A model generated the notes under the pieces. The model was not told the DNA's origin. It made no database searches and saw only the letters and a list, made by a program, of their open reading frames with translations. The position numbers were made by a program, and so were the translations under genes. Below, piece by piece: positions 62,027 to 64,000 of a stretch of DNA of 64,000 nt; positions within the stretch are counted from its first letter, which is position 1; each line of letters starts with the position of its first letter. This stretch comes from a virus (lineage: Duplodnaviria; Heunggongvirae; Uroviricota; Caudoviricetes): positions 28,184 through 92,183 of IMG/VR virus record IMGVR_UViG_3300014205_000195, one strand, 5' to 3'.

Positions 62027-62566
62027 TCTCGTTCCCCCAGGACGAAAAGCCGTCTATCCCGCGCCTGGCGAACAGATCTATCCTGGGCCCCGGGGATGCG
62101 GTCCTCACCATGTCGTAGAACTGCCCGGGCTTCTCCGAGTGCCTCGTCCTCGGGGCATAGAATACCGTGGGGAGGCTCCTGGACGCCGTGGGGAGCCGGC
62201 CGCGGACGCCGAACGCCACGTGCTCCGTCACGTTCCTGAAGTAGTGGCCCATGCCGATGTGCGGGTTCCCGGCCTTGTTCACCTTCACCCACGTCAGCAA
62301 CGTCTTGTAGGTGAACCCCCACTCGCCTATCAGCCTGACTGCCTCGGCCACGAAGCCGTTCGTGGCCCAGACGTAGACGTGCGCGTCCGGGGCGGCCATG
62401 TCGCCTATCGGCATGGCCGCTATCTCGTCCAGCGTCATCAGGGAGTAGTGCTTCGCGGCCCCCCTCCCGCCGCCGGGGAGCCGGTCGTCGTACGGCCACG
62501 GTGGGTCCATCACTATCGTCGAGAACGGTCCCGGCGGTAGCCCGGTCGCGAGCGTCACCTCAGGTC
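61998..62566 (-). CDS. N6-adenine DNA methyltransferase (DPPW motif)
   Basis: IVMDPPWPY catalytic motif; start trimmed (GTG near 62566) because the upstream 115 codons of the ORF-track entry are Arg/Gly-rich and overlap the dnaB gene. Confidence 0.65.
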
Positions 62567-63847
62567 CCAGTCGACGATGCCGGTCCCCTCGTCGATGTTC
62601 GGCACGAGGTCGCCGATGTCGCCTGAGTCCACGTCGAACCGCAGGTACTGCTTGTCTGTTATCTTCTCGCCGTCCCTGTTCTTGGGCATCTTCCACACCC
62701 TCTGCATCGGGTCTGACTTCTTCGTGCCGAGGCTTATCACCTTGTTGGCCGCCTCCATGAACGCCATGCCGTACGCCGAGTCCTCGAGCCCTGCAGGGTC
62801 GTCGGCCGCCGCCACGGCGTCCCGCTTCACCTGAGTGCCGCCGATGACCACCAGCCCGTCGTGCTGCGCCGCCCCCTTGATGGCCTTCGAGGCGGCCTGC
62901 ATGTTCTCCCACGACTTGCCGCCGCCGTCTATGAGGTGCACGCCGTCTATCGCCACGACGTCCGGCCTGTGCTCGCGTATCTGCTGGAGTATCTCCGTGA
63001 TGGAGAACGCCCCCATGTCGCCGGCATCGCGGGTTATCCAGTCCGCGCGGCCGTCAGCGGCGATGGCCTGCTGGTACGCCTCGTACTGCTCGAAGTCGAT
63101 GTTGGTGCCGTTCCTGAGGCCGAGGTTGGAGAACCTGAACCCCATGAACCTGGCCATCATCGGGTCCAGCCTGTCCTCGATGTCGGTTATCGTCGACTCC
63201 GGCGTGAGGAACAGGACCTTTGACCTGTCGTAGAAGTACGTGTATGCGCACGTCCACAGGAGCAGCGTTGACTTGCCTACGTTCAGCGGCCCCTGTATGG
63301 CGACGACGTCGCCCTGGCGCCAGTTCAGCCCCCTCGAGTCGAGGAGCTTCAGCCCCGTCCTGAGACCGATGAGCTCGCCCCGCGACCGCTGCTCCGCCCG
63401 CTGCCTGAGCAGCTCCAGGCGCCGGCCCCTGTTGTCGTCGAAGTACGTCGTGTGGGCGGTCGAGTTGCGGCCTATCTCCGACAGGTCGCCGACCAGCAGC
63501 TCTATGGCCTTCTGCGGGTTCTGCTTGAACAGCTCCGCCCTGTCGCCGATGGCGGAGATGGCGAGCCTCTCGACGGTGCGCCTGAGCAGCTCCTCCATGT
63601 ACGTCTCGGCGTCCGCCACGTCCGTCCTGAGCGCGACGCCGGTCACGGCGCCGACGTCGGCGGGCGTCGGCTGGTCGCCGACCCGCGCGCGTTCCAGCAT
63701 GTACTCCCACGCCCTGGCGTGGTCGTCCACCTGCCAGGACTCGTCGCGGATGCCGGCCGCGGCGGCCTTCAGCACGAGGTCCGACGTCCTGAGAGACGAG
63801 AGGACCAGGAGCTCGACCTCCTCGGGGGACGCGTCGCCTATGGTCAA
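62555..63847 (-). CDS. dnaB: DnaB-family replicative helicase
   Basis: 430 aa; Walker A GPLNVGKST and the DnaB C-terminal RecA-like domain motifs. Confidence 0.85.
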   Translation of the reverse strand: MTIGDASPEEVELLVLSSLRTSDLVLKAAAAGIRDESWQVDDHARAWEYMLERARVGDQPTPADVGAVTGVALRTDVADAETYMEELLRRTVERLAISAIGDRAELFKQNPQKAIELLVGDLSEIGRNSTAHTTYFDDNRGRRLELLRQRAEQRSRGELIGLRTGLKLLDSRGLNWRQGDVVAIQGPLNVGKSTLLLWTCAYTYFYDRSKVLFLTPESTITDIEDRLDPMMARFMGFRFSNLGLRNGTNIDFEQYEAYQQAIAADGRADWITRDAGDMGAFSITEILQQIREHRPDVVAIDGVHLIDGGGKSWENMQAASKAIKGAAQHDGLVVIGGTQVKRDAVAAADDPAGLEDSAYGMAFMEAANKVISLGTKKSDPMQRVWKMPKNRDGEKITDKQYLRFDVDSGDIGDLVPNIDEGTGIVDWDLR

Positions 63848-64000
63848 ATCGTTATCTCCTCAATCGCGTGTGCGTCGGCGACCTGCGCGCCCATCAGCTT
63901 CTCCAGCATGGACCGGGCGACGGCCACCCTGTCATGCTCTCCGGCCCCGTCGGCGTCCGCCCACAGGCCCAGCCAGTACTCGGCGGACGAGCTCACCTTC
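63844..64000 (-). CDS. partial ORF (3' end of upstream minus-strand gene, start beyond window)
   Basis: Open minus-strand frame continuing to the window edge with high GC3. Confidence 0.3.
   Translation of the reverse strand, partial: KVSSSAEYWLGLWADADGAGEHDRVAVARSMLEKLMGAQVADAHAIEEITI

Noticed and set aside
61998-62912. Full 304-aa ORF-track entry for the methyltransferase, and similar long N-terminal extensions of 8789..9346, 11443..12087, 12345..13241, 16769..17533, 20906..22024, 51069..51908, 55382..56554
   Set aside because: The N-terminal portions are Arg/Gly/Pro-rich, overlap tRNA genes or better-supported neighbouring CDSs, and precede internal Met/GTG codons with SD-like sequences. 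The starts were trimmed.
1-64000. Integrase, CRISPR array, restriction-modification pair or toxin-antitoxin defence island
   Set aside because: No tyrosine/serine recombinase signatures, no regularly spaced direct repeats, and the only methyltransferase is an orphan DPPW N6-adenine enzyme; nothing supports these in this window.

Overview
This window is a GC-rich (about 65-70%) stretch of what looks like a large tailed-phage genome, probably an actinobacteriophage-like virus carrying a large tRNA complement. Almost everything is coded on the minus strand. From right (64 kb) to left:

- Replication/recombination module: DnaB helicase, N6-adenine methyltransferase, DnaG primase, a sigma-like factor, an SSB-like protein, a RecA/UvsX-like recombinase and a NADAR hydrolase.
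- dNMP-metabolism cluster: MazG-like pyrophosphohydrolase, dCMP deaminase, a Tmk-like dNMP kinase with an extra domain, and a divergent thymidylate-synthase/hydroxymethylase-like protein.
- Terminase large subunit and a portal-like protein.
- Accessory genes: GroES-like protein, MBD4-like DNA glycosylase, RNA ligase, nucleotidyltransferase, polynucleotide kinase-phosphatase, CinA/PncC-like protein, SPFH protein, NAMPT, Nudix ADP-ribose pyrophosphatase, RuvC, a DEDDh exonuclease, class II ribonucleotide reductase, a metallophosphatase, two PI3/4-kinase-like proteins and a dual-specificity phosphatase.
- A roughly 16 kb tRNA island (8.6-24.9 kb): about 40 canonical minus-strand tRNAs grouped by amino acid, several degenerate tRNA-like elements, a Thg1-like protein, a vWA protein, a Ro60/Rsr orthologue and a PrfH-like release factor that appears to need an RF2-style +1 programmed frameshift.
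- Left edge: a 988-aa prohead-protease/Nudix/2H-phosphoesterase fusion, tail-fibre-like genes, and a giant lytic-transglycosylase protein with Ig-like repeats that runs off the window.

No integrase or CRISPR array was seen. All calls rest on reading the sequence and the ORF track; no database searches were run. Coordinates of hand-folded tRNAs may be off by 1-3 nt.
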